DNA of 64,000 nt from Octopus sinensis (GCF_006345805.1 NC_043019.1:26535360-26599359); one strand, 5' to 3'. Positions 1 to 13,302 are shown, counted from the stretch's first letter. Numbers and translations are program-made. Notes: generated by a model not told the origin, from the sequence alone.

Positions 1-1194
1 GTGGTTTCATGGCACAAACCAAATGAGAGATACATTTTTGTTTGTAATAAGACAGAAATATGAAGATGGTTAGTGGCTTTTAGCTATTCCAGGCCAGTGG
101 GATTAATGTGGTGGATATTCTAGGTTAGATTATACTTAATATTTAAACCAGCTGCTTCCATAGGAAAGTTCATAGATTTACAAAACCAGCCAACCTCATT
201 CAAGGTGAGGAAATAAAATAAAGAGATGTGAATTTATAACTATTGTAAGAATTGTCTCGCTTTTGTTTGGTACCTGCAGAAGCAAAATTAATTGGGGAAG
301 GAATTCCTAAGAACTGAAGTACCAAGAAACAAGGACTGAATGAAGTGAACTAACTGCAACAGAAGAAACGGAGTGACTTTAGAGAAGATGCTGGTCTATC
401 ACAGACAACAAATAGAGTAGTGGTGGCCCTTATTCTAAATATAGAAGACACTTGCCCAAAGTGACGCGTGGTGACGTTCATGGCTCTCTCTCAATCTCAA
501 AAGCTAACTTATACATGAAATTACATGGTGCCCATCGACAATGAGAACGGAGTCGTATGTCCAATTTACAGCTGAAGATTACATCATACTTCACAACACT
601 TGCCACAAACACCCATCAAAACACACAGAATTGTAAGAATTACACTCACCGTCTTCGGTCGTTTTAGAGCGGCTGACTTCCCACAAAGGTTACACTTTCG
701 TGGCATCTTTCTTTCCCAACGTTCTTTCGTTAATTACTCAAAATACAAGACAAATATTGAAATTAATTAGCGACTAAACAACTTTTTTCGTGTTTACCGA
801 CGACACATGGTTAGTGATCATGAATCGGCGGTTCTGATTGGTTACACCTTCTACATTTCAACCAATAGCTATAAATTTTATTAAAAGCACTATGCCAGGC
901 GGTGTCATAAATATAGTATTCCCTTGTTGTAAAATATACCGGGTGAATTAGTTGTTAACGGGAATTGGGACATTATTTGGCATTGAGTAAGGCGGCGAGC
1001 TGGCAGAAACGTTAGCACACCGGGCGAAATGCTTAGCGGTGTTTCGTCTGCCGCTACGTTCTGAGTTCAAATTCCGCCGAGTTCTGAGTTCTAACGTTTC
1101 GTCAGCTCGTCAAGTAGTTTTTATATTTATTTTCACTTTAAATAAGTACAAAAATTATTTTCTATTCTAGGCACAAGGCCCGAAATTTTGGGGA

Positions 1195-2213
1195 GTGGGC
1201 CCAGTACGTAACTGGTACTTAATTTATCGACCCCGAAAGGCAAAGTCTACCGCGGCGGAATTTGAACTACCGCTAAGCATTTCGCCCGGTGTGCTAACGT
1301 TTCTTATTTCTTTACTGCCCACAAGGGGCTACATACAGAGGGGACAAACAAGGACAGACAAACGGATTAAGTCGATTATATCGATTCAAGTGCGTAACTG
1401 GTACTTATTTAATCGACCCAGGCGGAATTTGAACTCAGAACGTAGCGGCAGACGAAATACCTATTTTTTACTACCCACAAGGGGCTAAACACAGATATGA
1501 CAAACAAGGACAGAGAAACGGATTAAGTCGATTATATCGACCCCAGTGCGTAACTGGTACTTATTTTATCGACCCCAAAAGGATGAAAGGCAAAGTCGAC
1601 CTCCGCGGAATTTGAACTCAGAATGCAACAGCAGACGAAATACCTATTTCTTTACTACACACAAGGGGCTAAACACAGAGGGGACAAACAAGGACAGACA
1701 AACGGATTAAGTCGATTATATCGATTCAAGTGCGTAACTGGTACTTATTTAATCGACCCAGGCGGAATTTGAACTCAGAACGTAGCGGCCGACGAAATAC
1801 CTATTTCTTTACTACCCACAAGGAGCTAAACACAGAGAGGACAAACAAGGAGAGACACACGGATTAAGTTGATTATATCGACCCCAGTGTGTAACTGGTA
1901 CTTATTTTATCGACCCCAAAAGGATGAAAGGCAAAGTCGACCTCGGCGGAATTTGAACTCAGAATGCAACAGCAGACGAAATACCTATTTCTTTACTACA
2001 CACAAGGGGCTAAACACAGAGGGGACAAACAAGGACAGACAAACGGATTAAGTCGATTACATCAACCCCAGTGCGTAACTAGCACTTATTTAATCGAAAG
2101 GATGAAAGGCAAAGTCGACCTCGGCAGAATTTGAACTCAGAATGTTACGGCAGACGAAATACTGCTAAGCATTTCGCCCGGCGTGCTTAACGGTTCTGCC
2201 AGCTCGCCGCCTT
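1195..2213 (-). mobile_element. tRNA-derived SINE (family A) with about 5 tandem copies of its ~190-bp body
   Basis: Head (rc GGCGGCGAGCTGGCAGAA..GTTCTGAGTTCAAATTCC, A/B-box-like) at ~2213, followed by repeated units joined at GAAATAGGTATTTCG. Other copies of this family at ~991-1085, 3282-3516, 15090-15270, 40205-40648, 55083-55318, 61225-61437 and 63298-63421. Confidence 0.8.
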
Positions 2214-3587
2214 CAAAATAAGTACAAAAATTATAATCACTGTAAGTCTTTCACATAATAAAATTTACAAACATTATTATGAAAAAGTATCGTAAAATAT
2301 TCATCATGATGAACGCATTCAAATAAAAATGTTTGAAACATCAGTTGATGAAGTCTACTGTTTAAGGGTTATTGAAATGACAAAAATTTTTAAAAAAGCG
2401 TTTACATCCACATAATTAATACTATTAGTAATACTTTCTTCGCCATCGTGTTGCATAAATTAAAAAAAACCCTCCATTATTCTATTAAATATGGTTAATT
2501 TCTCGTCTTTTCAATTCCAATAGTCTCTCCCCCACCCCTATGAGAGACACGTATTCAGTAAAGGACTGGGTGGTCGTCAACTTATGCATTAAAAATGAAG
2601 GACGACACTTTCAACACCTCTTATAAAGTTTTTGCAAGTCTTGTAAAGCTTAAAATATTCTTTTGTAGTCTTAAACCATCTTATAAGTATTTATTTTGCA
2701 ATAAAATACTGTGGAGAGACTTTTTGAGCATCCTATATTATTAAGTAGTATAATGAAAACAAATTTAAGTACAGCAAATCGGGTAAAACGTCTCACCTCA
2801 TTCAAACTCTACACGACATTAAAGGACCATGAGTAAATTTATTGCTCAACGAAAATGTAATCTCATCAATCCAACTAATAACAAATTGAGTATGGTCATC
2901 AAACATATCAATTAGGCTATGTAAACTAAAACGTCAGATACACAACAAACTTCTCTCAGTAGAATTGCATAATTGGTTTAATAGGACAGAAAGCAAGTCT
3001 AATTATATACACACCCAGTTCGATATCGTAGAATACTACCCATCCATTTGAAAAAGAAGAATAAAAAGCTTTTCCTGAAGTGATAGAATTCGGAAAAGCA
3101 TACGACCATCATTGATACTGATATAAATATAATCGTGAAGCAAGGAAGTCGTTATTATTTTCTGACGGCTTTTTCATCAAGAAATGCCGAAACAAACAAT
3201 CTGATGTATCAATGGGTAACGATGACAGGGCAGAGATATCCAATTTAGTCGAATTACACAAACAACCTATATTTAAATATAGGCGGCGAGCTGGCAGAAA
3301 CGTCACCACGCTGGCCGACATGCGTAGCCGTATTTCGTCTGCCGTTACGTTCTGGGTTCAAATTCCGCCGAGGTCGACTTTGCCTTTCATCCTTTCGGGG
3401 TCGATAAATTAAGTACCAGTTACGCACTGGGGGTCGATGTAATCGACTTAATAATCCGTTTGTCTGTCCTTGTTTGTCCTCCCTGTGTTTAGCCCCTTGT
3501 GGGGAGTAAAGAAATATATATTTAAATATAGGATACAACCCGCCAACAGGAGCTGAAGGACTAGCCGTATTCTATAATATGAATGGA

Positions 3588-3975
3588 CTAGCAGTATCGC
3601 CCGGCGTTGCTCAGGTTTGTAAGGGAAATAACTATAAAGCATTTTTAGAGAGTTATAGCCAAAAAATAGCAAAAAAATGGAAAAAAAATGATGGTAAATT
3701 TTTTTTTTGAGAGTAATAAAAGGTTGAGTTGCGTCCCCTAGACAGTCTGTGGTTTGTTTTTTTTTATTCTCGACCCCATGTCGAATTTATCGATTTTTTT
3801 CAGAACTGGGGGAACTTTTCAAAATTTTCGCTGCGTTAGTTTTGAATTATGACATTGGGCTATGTGTGTGTCAAGTTTCATCAGAATCGGTTGAAAGCCG
3901 TGGTCAGGGTGAGGGTACGAGAAAACAGACACACAGAAACACGCACAGACAAACTGCCGTTTATATAGAGAGAGA
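3588..3975 (-). mobile_element. Non-autonomous Helitron, copy A
   Basis: On the - strand: A|TC 5' end, 3' hairpin region (rc GAGCAACGCCGGGCGATACTG) then CTAG|T. Inserted between A and T, no TSD. Confidence 0.75.
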
Positions 3976-4578
3976 TATACCTGGAAAAAGAATCCCTTAA
4001 AACTAATCAATATTTTTGAAGAAACTCAATGCAAAGTTCTCGTTCACAGTTATAAACGAAGGATAGTAAATAATCTTATAATAATTCTGCTAGTTCCTCC
4101 GTTATTTTGCCCGTCTGTAACGCTTCCACGTGATTAGTTGAAAGGGATGGGAGGGAGAGGGTATGGTAGGGAAGGGGAGTAAAGAGACAGGGGAGGGAGA
4201 AGTGGTGGTGAGTAAAATGTGTAATTATTTTCAGCTAAGTTTTGTTTCTCCGTTATTTAGCCCGTTTAGTTGATTAGTTTAGCGATTAGTTGAAGAGAAA
4301 GGCGAGGAGAGAAAGAAAAAGGAGAAAAAGAGGATAAGGCGAAGGGTGAGAGAGAAAGAGGGAGAATGCTGTGTATAAAGTCTATAAAATTGTGCATAAA
4401 GTATATGAAGTGTATGCATAAAGTACATTAAATAATCATTGTATTCCAATTTCCTTCACTTTTCAATGATTAGCAAATGAGCAATTATCTTTTGATACGG
4501 ACACAACAGAGGCTACACTTTCAGGTCATTTGGCTAAAGTTTTCAGAAATGACCCAATAGGTTTGCCGTTTCATCAGT

Positions 4579-5040
4579 TTGGAACCCCTATCTTGCTCAG
4601 AACATTGACCTCCTGGAATCTGTTCAGAGACGTGCAACCAAACGCATACCCTCCATCAGACACCTACCATACTCTGAGCGCCTTGTTTCCCTGGGCATGG
4701 ATTCACTGAAGCTCCGGCGTCTGGCGATGGACTTGGTAAACACCCACAAAGTTATCAACCACCTCACCAACAACAACACTGAACACCTTTTTGATCTCCA
4801 TGTGTCTAACACACGTGGACATGCCTACAAAGTCAGAAAACAACACAGCTCCCATGACTTTCGGAAACATTTTTTCACGCTCTGAGTTGCTGAAGCATGG
4901 AACAAACTGCCTGCGTCAGTGGTTGACTGCCATGACACTGCATCCTTTAAGGCCCTCATGCTTTCCGAAATCCGCCGAAACTACACCTGATTATATATAC
5001 ACTTTAGATGAGTTGTAGTGCACCTGAGCACTGTACACAA

Positions 5041-5088
<48 letters not shown>
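4579..5088 (+). mobile_element. 3' fragment of a CR1-group LINE
   Basis: Reads WNPYLAQNIDLLESVQRRATK..YSERLVSLGMDSLKLRR..NTRGHAYK..F..(stop)VAEAWNKLP, the typical CR1-group post-RT domain. Ends in an (ATT)n tail. Confidence 0.85.
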
Positions 5089-5090
<2 letters not shown>

Positions 5091-5442
5091 TCCGTGAAAT
5101 ATTCACGGGTCCTGCTGAGACTGTGAGACTTTGGAAAACTTGTTTGCCATCCAAAAGCACACAAAGACTGTTAACTCCACTTAAACATTTATTATTTGTT
5201 ATTTGGCGTCAAAATTCTCGTCGCACCAACTGCGACCTGGTCACTGACATGATTCCACTGCAGTTGACACGCCGAAAAATTTTGACACCATATAATTAGT
5301 ATTTCAGTGAAGTTAACCGCGATCGTTAAGATAATGTAGTTCTAGCCTTACTGTGCCTAGGAGAAAGATGTGGTGGCCACCACCGTTGGTATTACTTTTG
5401 ATATGAGTTCTACTAACCAAAAATTATTATTATTATTATTAC

Positions 5443-5482
<40 letters not shown>

Positions 5483-6614
5483 GCTATTATTATTTCTTAG
5501 ATACAGATTTTGAAAATTAGTGAAGTCTCAGACTTTTACAAGACTTGCAAAAACTTTATAAGAGGTGTTGAAAGTGTCGTCCTTCGTTTTTAATGCATAA
5601 GCTGACGAACACCCTGTCCTTTACTGAATACGTGTCTCTCATAGGGGTGGGGGAGAGACTGTTGGAATTGAAATGACGAGAAATTAACCATATTGGTGGA
5701 CTTTTTAATTTATGCAACACGATGGCGAAGAAAGTATTACTAGTAGTATTAATTATGTGGATGTAAACGCTTTTTAAAAAATTTAAACAAAAATAAAAAA
5801 AAAAAAACAACAACTACAGCAATAACACTTGATCCTTGCCGGCCTTTGGCGATATGTATTCTTCACTCCGATGATGCCAACAATGGCGGCAGAGTGACCG
5901 CTGCTGCCTCACTCCACCTCAACCTCTTGGCTTCCGGTTCCCTTTCCGTCCGCATTTTTCCCGTGGACGTTAAACCACTAGATGTCTCTCATTGGTCATC
6001 GGTCAATTCCTCTTGACCACAAGGATGGACAACAGTCGTTATGGGATGGATGCTATCTTAACTAATTAATTCCGAACTAATTAACCAGAGGCAAATAACA
6101 TGCGCACGAGCTTAAATACACACGCACAGACACCACCCTTTCGCCTTGAAAAAAAAAACCCACATCACCACCACCACCACCACCACCACAGCTGCCAAGA
6201 AAACGCTACCGCCACCAACGGCATCATCATCAGCAGCAGCCTACATTCAACATCTTCCAGCTTTTGGTTAAGCATTTAAAATTCTTCGTCGCTTCCTTCA
6301 ATCCATGTCACTATCAGCACGATGATGATGATGATGATGATAATGATGTTTGTGGTCGTGATTATGCTGTTAATGATTGCGATGATGGTGGGGGTGTTGG
6401 TGTTGGTGGCGGTGGTAGTGATAACGAAGGCGATATCTCGATGGTTGATGAAGAATCTAAGTAGGGTAACAACATATCCTAAACCTTCCTCTCCTAGGCA
6501 TCTAATATCCTCGACCAGAATTTTTTTTTTCTTAATTATCAGTGCCTAATTGAGATTTAAAAAACAAAATAAAATAAAAATCAAATTTCTCTAGAACACA
6601 CACACACACACACA

Positions 6615-6664
<50 letters not shown>

Positions 6665-7699
6665 AATGGTTATCCAGATGTTCAATGTCAGTTGTCTGGT
6701 GTAATTAATTGCTCCACCTCAGAGTAAGACAATGTTAACAGAGGCGAGCGGGACGCGGTGCACAGAGCGGCTAAAAATAACTCAACCAATCCAGATTTCC
6801 ATCTCAGACCACCACCATCACCACCATCCTCCTCCTCCTCCTCATCATCATCATCACTTAACATCCGTTTTCCATGCTGTCATGGGTCGGGCGATTTGAC
6901 AGGAGCTGGTGAGCCAGAGGACTGTGCCAAGCTCCAACGTCTGCTTTGGCATGGTTTCTTACAGCTGGACGCCCTTCCTAAAACAAATCGCTTCACAGAG
7001 TCTACTGGGTACTGGGTGTCTTTTAAGGGGCACCGGCATTAGTGAGGTCACAAAGTCACTTGCAAAGCAAGACCTCTGAACCGAACGAGGAGTAGTAGTG
7101 AGAGAAGTGATTTTGTGTCAGGTTATAAGAGGTTAAAGTATGAATTAAAGGACAGAAACAAGTGTTTTGTAGCAGAGACAATAACAAAAAAAAAAAAAAA
7201 CCCCGTAAGTTATGGCCCCTAATCTTTGTAACTCTTTTTCTAGTAGTTAAAAAGAAAAAAAGAAAATAAGGGAAATTAAAATAATTCTTTGCCCTATAGG
7301 CACAAAGTCGGAAATTTTAGGGGAGGAGTCTAATCGATTACATCGACCCCAGTGCGCCACTGGTACTTATTTTATCGGTTCTTTTTGCTGAACTGCTAAG
7401 TTATGGGGACGGACGTAAACACACCAGCATCAGTTGTCAAGCGGTAGTGGGACACACAGACACACACACACACATACGACAGGCTTCTTTCAGTCGGCCC
7501 GAGGCTATAGTAGAAGACACTTGCCCAAGGTGCCACGTAGTGGGATTGAACCCGGAGCTAAGTGGTTGGGAAGCAAGCTACTTACCACACGTTTACATCT
7601 GATCTTAAAAAAAAACATCTAAAAAAGAAAGAAAGAAAATGATTTACAAAATTTTCTTAGTTCGAACAGCACCGTCTTCAGGCACGAGCACACAGGGCC

Positions 7700-7976
7700 A
7701 CGCGGGTCTTGGGGCCCAATTCTGAGCATCGGGGGTCACACAGGTCTAGGGGCCCAATTCTGATGTATGTTGAAATTTGCATTGAATAAAAGCAATATAG
7801 GACACAGTGCAATGATTTGCCCTGAGAAGTCTCCCTTACTGCTAAGGCGGTCTTTAGTTCGATACTTCGGTGAGTATTTATCGAAAATATTTGCTATAAG
7901 TTAAATGAATTGCTTTGCGATTTTAACTTTGATCTCCAGAGTATCTAACTCGGGCAACGCCGGGTATTTCAGCTAG
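7700..7976 (+). mobile_element. Helitron-type 3' terminus (5' boundary uncertain)
   Basis: CGGGCAACGCCGGGTATTTCAG-CTAG|T at 7951-7977, near-identical to the terminus of the RepHel remnant at 28014. Confidence 0.55.
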
Positions 7977-8261
7977 TGTGTGTGCGCGTGTGTAATGCGT
8001 AATCACTGAACATATGTGTAGATATATATGTATGTATGTCGTTATTCAGTTTATTTCAAGATTTCTTGCCAACAGAGAAATAACCGGTTTGTTCATTCGA
8101 ATTTCAACATCAACAACAGGGTATTTTTATTTGTATGTATGTATGTATGTATGTATGTATGTATGTATGTATGTATGTATGTATGTATGTATGTATGTAT
8201 GTATGTGTGTGTATGTATGTATGTATGTGTGTGTGTATGTATGTATGTATGTATGTATGTA

Positions 8262-10934
8262 TGATCTTACCATCGCCAACACCTTGTTCCGTCTGCCAAC
8301 ACGCAACAAGACATCATGGATGCATCCACGCTCCAAACACTGGCATCTGATAGATTACGTCATCGTCAGGGCGAAAGACAGGCGGGACGTGAGACTGGTC
8401 AAAGCCATGTGCGGAGCTGACTGCTGGACGGACCATCGCCTCATCATCTCCAGGATGGATTTCTACATCCGACCTAAGAGAAGACCACAGGGTCAGAAAG
8501 TGACGAGGAAGCTTAACATCACGAAATTAGGGAACCAGCTGACTGCACAAGATCTCCAGTCACGTATGGACAGTAAGCTGTTGGACATTCGGAGTGACCA
8601 GTCCAGCATCGATGAGCAGTGGGAATCATTCAGGGACACGGTTCATTCCATCGCCCTTGAAACTCTGGGCCAAATTACGAGGAACCACCAGGACTGGTTC
8701 GACGAAAACGACCAGGAAATCCAAAAGCTCCTGGAAGAGAAACGCCGTCTGCTGCGGGCTCACCAAAATGACACCACCTGCACGGCAAAGAAGGCCGCTT
8801 TCAACAACATTCGCAGCACAGTCCAGGCTAAACTCCGCCTCATGCAAGATGCATGGTTAAGCGCCAAGGCGGATGAGATTCAGGGATACGCAGACAAACA
8901 CGACACCAAGAAATTCTACGAGGCGCTGAAAGCTGTCTATGGACCGCAGTTCTCCTTTGGATCAACGCCCCTGCTCAGCTCAGATGGAACCTCACTCCTG
9001 ACTAACAAGAGGCTGATCCTGGAGAGATGGGCGGAGCACTTCAACATCGTGCTCAACCGACCAGCCCAGATCAACGAGGAAGCCATCGCACGACTCCCCC
9101 AGGTGCCGACAAACCACGAGTTGGCTGTTCCCCCTGCAGTCGGGGAAGTGAGCAGAGCCATCAAAAAAATGTCCACCGGCAAAGCTCCAGGCTCTGACGC
9201 CATCCCTGCAGAGGTGTTCAAGTCGGGAGGCCCCACCATGATCAGTCAGCTCACCAACCTGTTTCAGTCGATGTGGGACAGGGAACAACTCCCTCAAGAT
9301 TTCCGGGATGCAACAATCGTCCACATTTATAAGCGGAAAGGAGATCGGCAGTCCTGCGACAACCACCGAGGTATTTCCCTCTTGTCCATAGCAGGCAAGA
9401 TCCTGGCCCGGGTCCTGCTTGACCGCCTTCTGGAACACTTGGAGCAAGGCCTTCTCCCTGAGAGCCAGTGTGGCTTCCGTGCGGGTCGAGGGACCACTGA
9501 CATGATATTCGCCGCCCGCCAGCTCCAGGAGAAATGCATGGAGCAGCACCTTGACCTCTGCATGACCTTTGTTGACCTCACCAAGGCCTTTGATACAGTC
9601 AGTCGGGAGGGACTATGGAAGGTCATGGGAAAATTTGGTTGCCCCAGCAAATTTATTGCAATTGTCCGCCAGTTCCACGACGGAATGACAGCCAGAATCC
9701 TTGAGGACGGCGACTCATCTGAAGCCTTCCAGGTGACCAACGGAGTCAGGCAGGGCTGTGTCCTGGCCCCAACACTGTTCAGCATCATGTTCTCGGCAAT
9801 GATGTCCGACGCCTTTAGGGACTGCAAGTCCGGTATCAACATCAAGTACAGGACAGACGGGAAACTTTTCAACTCCAGGAGATTGCAGGCTGTCACAAAG
9901 GTGAGGGAGACAGTCGTCAGAGACTTTCTCTTTGCTGACGACTGCGCCCTTAATGCAATCGATGAGCAGGAGATGCAGCTCGAGATGGACAGGTTCTCAT
10001 CAGCCTGTGACAACTTCGGTCTCACCATCAGTGCAAAGAAAACCGAAGTGATGTTTCAGCCAGCCCCCGGCAAACAATACCATGAGCCTCAGATAAGGGT
10101 GAACGGACGGATCTTACGAGTGGTGGAAAACTTCACCTACCTGGGCAGCACTCTCTCCTGCAATGCCAACATAGATGCTGAAACCATCAACAGAATCTCC
10201 AAGGCAAGCAGCGCATTTGGGAGACTGCGAAAGAAAGTCTGGGAGCGGAGAGGAATCAGCCTCAACACCAAGCTGAAAGTCTACCGGGCAGTCGTGCTTA
10301 CCACTCTACTATACGGCTGCGAGACGTGGACTGCTTACCGAAGGCACGAGCGCCAGATAAACCACTTCCATCTCAGGTGTCTTCGGAATCTCCTTCACAT
10401 CCGCTGGCAGGACAAAGTCCCAGACACGGAAGTTCTGAAGCAGGCAGATCTCCCTAGCACCATCACAATCATGCGCAAGGCCCAGCTGAGATGGGCGGGC
10501 CACGTCTCCCGCATGTCCGACACTCGCATCCCAAAACAGCTCTTCTACGGTGAACTCGGCCAGGGCAGGCGCAAAGTCGGAGGGCAGAAAAAGCGCTACA
10601 AGGATAGTCTCAAGGTCTCTCTCAAAGACTTCTCCATCGGAACAGAGACCTGGGAGACACTTGCTGCCAACCGCTCATCCTGGCGCAGCGCAATCACCGT
10701 GGGAGCAGGGACAGCCGAGGAGGGACGGATTCGGTCAGCGGAGCAGAAACGTCAGATGCGTAAAGTCAGAGCCGCCTGCACCAGTAGCACTGCCCCTACC
10801 CACTTCTGCCCCACCTGTGGGAGGGGCTTCCTTGCCCGGATTGGCCTCACCAGCCACCTCCGGTCTCATGGCGGCAGTTCCATCAGATGATGTCAGTTGG
10901 TCATCTTCGAACCGAAGGACGAACATTATTATTA
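8262..10934 (+). mobile_element. 5'-truncated RTE-clade LINE (BovB/RTE-like), young
   Basis: GC-rich block in an AT-rich host. Continuous ORF, short 3' UTR (GGTCATCTTCGAACCGAAGGACGAAC) and (ATT)n tail. Both sides are (TATG)n. Confidence 0.95.
8263..10890 (+). CDS. RTE ORF: C-terminal part of the APE endonuclease, complete reverse transcriptase, C-terminal C2H2-type zinc finger
   Basis: 875 codons without a stop. Motifs HLIDY and TDH (APE); FVDLTKAFD, GVRQGCVLAP and LFADD (RT); CPTC..HLRSH. The upstream YVCM part of the listed 958-aa ORF is microsatellite read-through. Confidence 0.93.
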   Translation, partial: DLTIANTLFRLPTRNKTSWMHPRSKHWHLIDYVIVRAKDRRDVRLVKAMCGADCWTDHRLIISRMDFYIRPKRRPQGQKVTRKLNITKLGNQLTAQDLQSRMDSKLLDIRSDQSSIDEQWESFRDTVHSIALETLGQITRNHQDWFDENDQEIQKLLEEKRRLLRAHQNDTTCTAKKAAFNNIRSTVQAKLRLMQDAWLSAKADEIQGYADKHDTKKFYEALKAVYGPQFSFGSTPLLSSDGTSLLTNKRLILERWAEHFNIVLNRPAQINEEAIARLPQVPTNHELAVPPAVGEVSRAIKKMSTGKAPGSDAIPAEVFKSGGPTMISQLTNLFQSMWDREQLPQDFRDATIVHIYKRKGDRQSCDNHRGISLLSIAGKILARVLLDRLLEHLEQGLLPESQCGFRAGRGTTDMIFAARQLQEKCMEQHLDLCMTFVDLTKAFDTVSREGLWKVMGKFGCPSKFIAIVRQFHDGMTARILEDGDSSEAFQVTNGVRQGCVLAPTLFSIMFSAMMSDAFRDCKSGINIKYRTDGKLFNSRRLQAVTKVRETVVRDFLFADDCALNAIDEQEMQLEMDRFSSACDNFGLTISAKKTEVMFQPAPGKQYHEPQIRVNGRILRVVENFTYLGSTLSCNANIDAETINRISKASSAFGRLRKKVWERRGISLNTKLKVYRAVVLTTLLYGCETWTAYRRHERQINHFHLRCLRNLLHIRWQDKVPDTEVLKQADLPSTITIMRKAQLRWAGHVSRMSDTRIPKQLFYGELGQGRRKVGGQKKRYKDSLKVSLKDFSIGTETWETLAANRSSWRSAITVGAGTAEEGRIRSAEQKRQMRKVRAACTSSTAPTHFCPTCGRGFLARIGLTSHLRSHGGSSIR

Positions 10935-10942
10935 TGTATGTA

Positions 10943-10977
<35 letters not shown>

Positions 10978-12408
10978 ATGTATGTATGCATGCATGCATG
11001 CATGTATGTATGTATGTATGTATGTATGTATGTATGCATGCATGCATGTATGTATGTATGTATGTATGTATGTATGTATGTATGTATGTATGTATGTATG
11101 TATGCATGCATGTATGTATGTATGCGTGCAGATTTATATGCTTTGTGTATGTATTCTCATGCATACAGTTGCATATCAATGGGTAACGCTTCCTCGTGAT
11201 AGCTGCATATCTAGACATGTCGAGACATACCCTAGGAATGAGAATCCAGGTTCGAAATTTCCCGAAGGCTGGAGAGTATATCAGACGAAACGTTGTGTTA
11301 AGAACGAACAAGATGAGGACAAATATGTGTAATGTGTATAACTGCACGTGTGTGTGTGTGTGTGATGTGTATAACTTCACGTGTAGGTGTGTGTGTGTAT
11401 TGCGTATAACTGCACATGTATTTGTGTGAGTAATACGTGTTAACGGCACGTACGTGTGTGTGTGTGTGTGCGTGTGTGTATACAGTGTATTGATGTATGC
11501 GTGTGGAGAAAAACGCATGAATTTATTAATATATTCTTACACAACGTGCTGAAAGTACACTCACCCCTACATGTTTGTGTGTGTGTGCGTGTGTGTATGT
11601 GTACGTGTGTGTGTGTGTATGTGTGTGTACGTGTGAACGTGTGTGTGTGTGGGTATGTGTGTACGCGCGTACGTGTGTGTGTGTGTTTGTGCTGAAAAAT
11701 TCTGTGTTTACGTCACTCTGTCACAATCTCTCTCTCTCACCTCCACAAAGCCACATTAGACCGCTAACTCGTAATCATAGCTGAGCGAGCAAAACAAGAA
11801 ACACAATATGCCAGATAACCCAGAAAAGAACTGTCGTTCGGTGAACCCAAGCTGGAGTTTCCCTAATTAGCAAATTGCTGTGAGAGATCTTTCTCGCTCT
11901 GACTAATGAGAACGCACATTGGTTTCAGGTGGAAGTTACATTAATATCAACGTCAACAGGGGTATCGTTTGCAGTAAGCAATAGGCAGCCGCGTGGTGAA
12001 GGATATGGTCACGCGTATATATATAAAAATGGAACAAAAACGCAATAGATGCAATAAAACATTCGGACAGAAAGACGATACAAAGGCGGACAGGAGAATC
12101 AACAATTAGAAGGACAGGCAGAAAAAAGACGGGTCATTCGTAGCCTTTTTTCCTCAGTCAAGTTACTAGAAGTCCTTACTGTTTCGGGCAGTTATATATA
12201 TATATATATATATACTACAAAATTAGAGAATGGAGAAATATACTTAAATCAGTAAAACATCAACTATCCGATGATACTCAATCCATACTTTAATACACCA
12301 TTACATATGAGTAAAGGCAATACATAAAATGAAATGAGATATACCGTAATAGTAAAAAGATAAAGATATATAAGTAAAAAATTTTCAAATATAATATGCA
12401 AATAAATC

Positions 12409-12524
12409 AAAACTGACAGCTGTTTCGGCAGTGAGGACAGTCATACCTCATTTAACCTATAAGCCATAAAGGCAGGTATAAATGAGGCATTAACAAGGAT
12501 GCCCCACGGCCTCTTCAGAGAATT
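12409..12524 (-). ncRNA. Type I hammerhead ribozyme-like motif with a long helix II
   Basis: rc: ..TCT CTGAAGA GGC-(~90 nt with internal hairpin CCTCATTT/AAATGAGG)-GCC GAAAC AGCT GT C AG.. Canonical core, GUC triplet, palindromic helix III ACAGCTGT. Helix I is weak. Confidence 0.6.
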
Positions 12525-12873
12525 AAATTAAATTTGTTATAATAGTGAAAAATATTATACAATCATATACATATAAATATAAAAATATAAAAATGTAAAA
12601 TATAAAAACTTATACATCATAAAGCTACACTTATATAATATAATACACATTTGTACAAAAATGGAAGGTAAACAGAACAAAATAAAACAAAATATATAAT
12701 AGTGTATATATTAATATCAATAAGTACCGATATTATACATATTTGGCTAATAGTTTTTTTTATATATATAAAAAAAAGGGCTAACATATATGGAGATGAA
12801 AAATAATAATTAAATCCGTGGTACAGTTCATAAGATTCTAAAGCTATAAAAGTTAATAAAAATTACTTAATAA

Positions 12874-12920
<47 letters not shown>

Positions 12921-13019
12921 TATAATAAAAAATAGATACAGTTAAGTTAGCACCAAGTCCATCCTTACAAGATCGAAATAACTATGAATTTTCAACCCCT
13001 ATCTCATTTTATAACCTAT

Positions 13020-13038
13020 ATATATATATATAATATAT

Positions 13039-13123
<85 letters not shown>

Positions 13124-13186
13124 CATATATATCTGTTTGTTGTCTACACCACCTGTCTTCGTCTTTTGTTTTTTTTTGTGAATTCT

Positions 13187-13233
<47 letters not shown>

Positions 13234-13302
13234 TATACACATGCGTATGCGCACATAGATACTCATACGCACATTTATATACATGCACGCACGCACGCGC
13301 AC

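Larger units (their letters stand above)
8021..11326 (+). repeat. Microsatellite-containing repeat, interrupted by the RTE LINE
   Basis: 8021-8131 and ~11120-11326 align colinearly with the uninterrupted copy at 13986-14424. Confidence 0.85.

Noticed and set aside
5820-6960. GC-richer region with His/Asp/Ser-rich ORFs and a MEF2-like site
   Set aside because: Low-complexity trinucleotide runs, no convincing splice or homology signal, and single short motifs are expected by chance.
12150-12200. Hammerhead 3' half (rc GCCCGAAACAGTAAGG)
   Set aside because: The CUGANGA half is absent, replaced by (TA)n.
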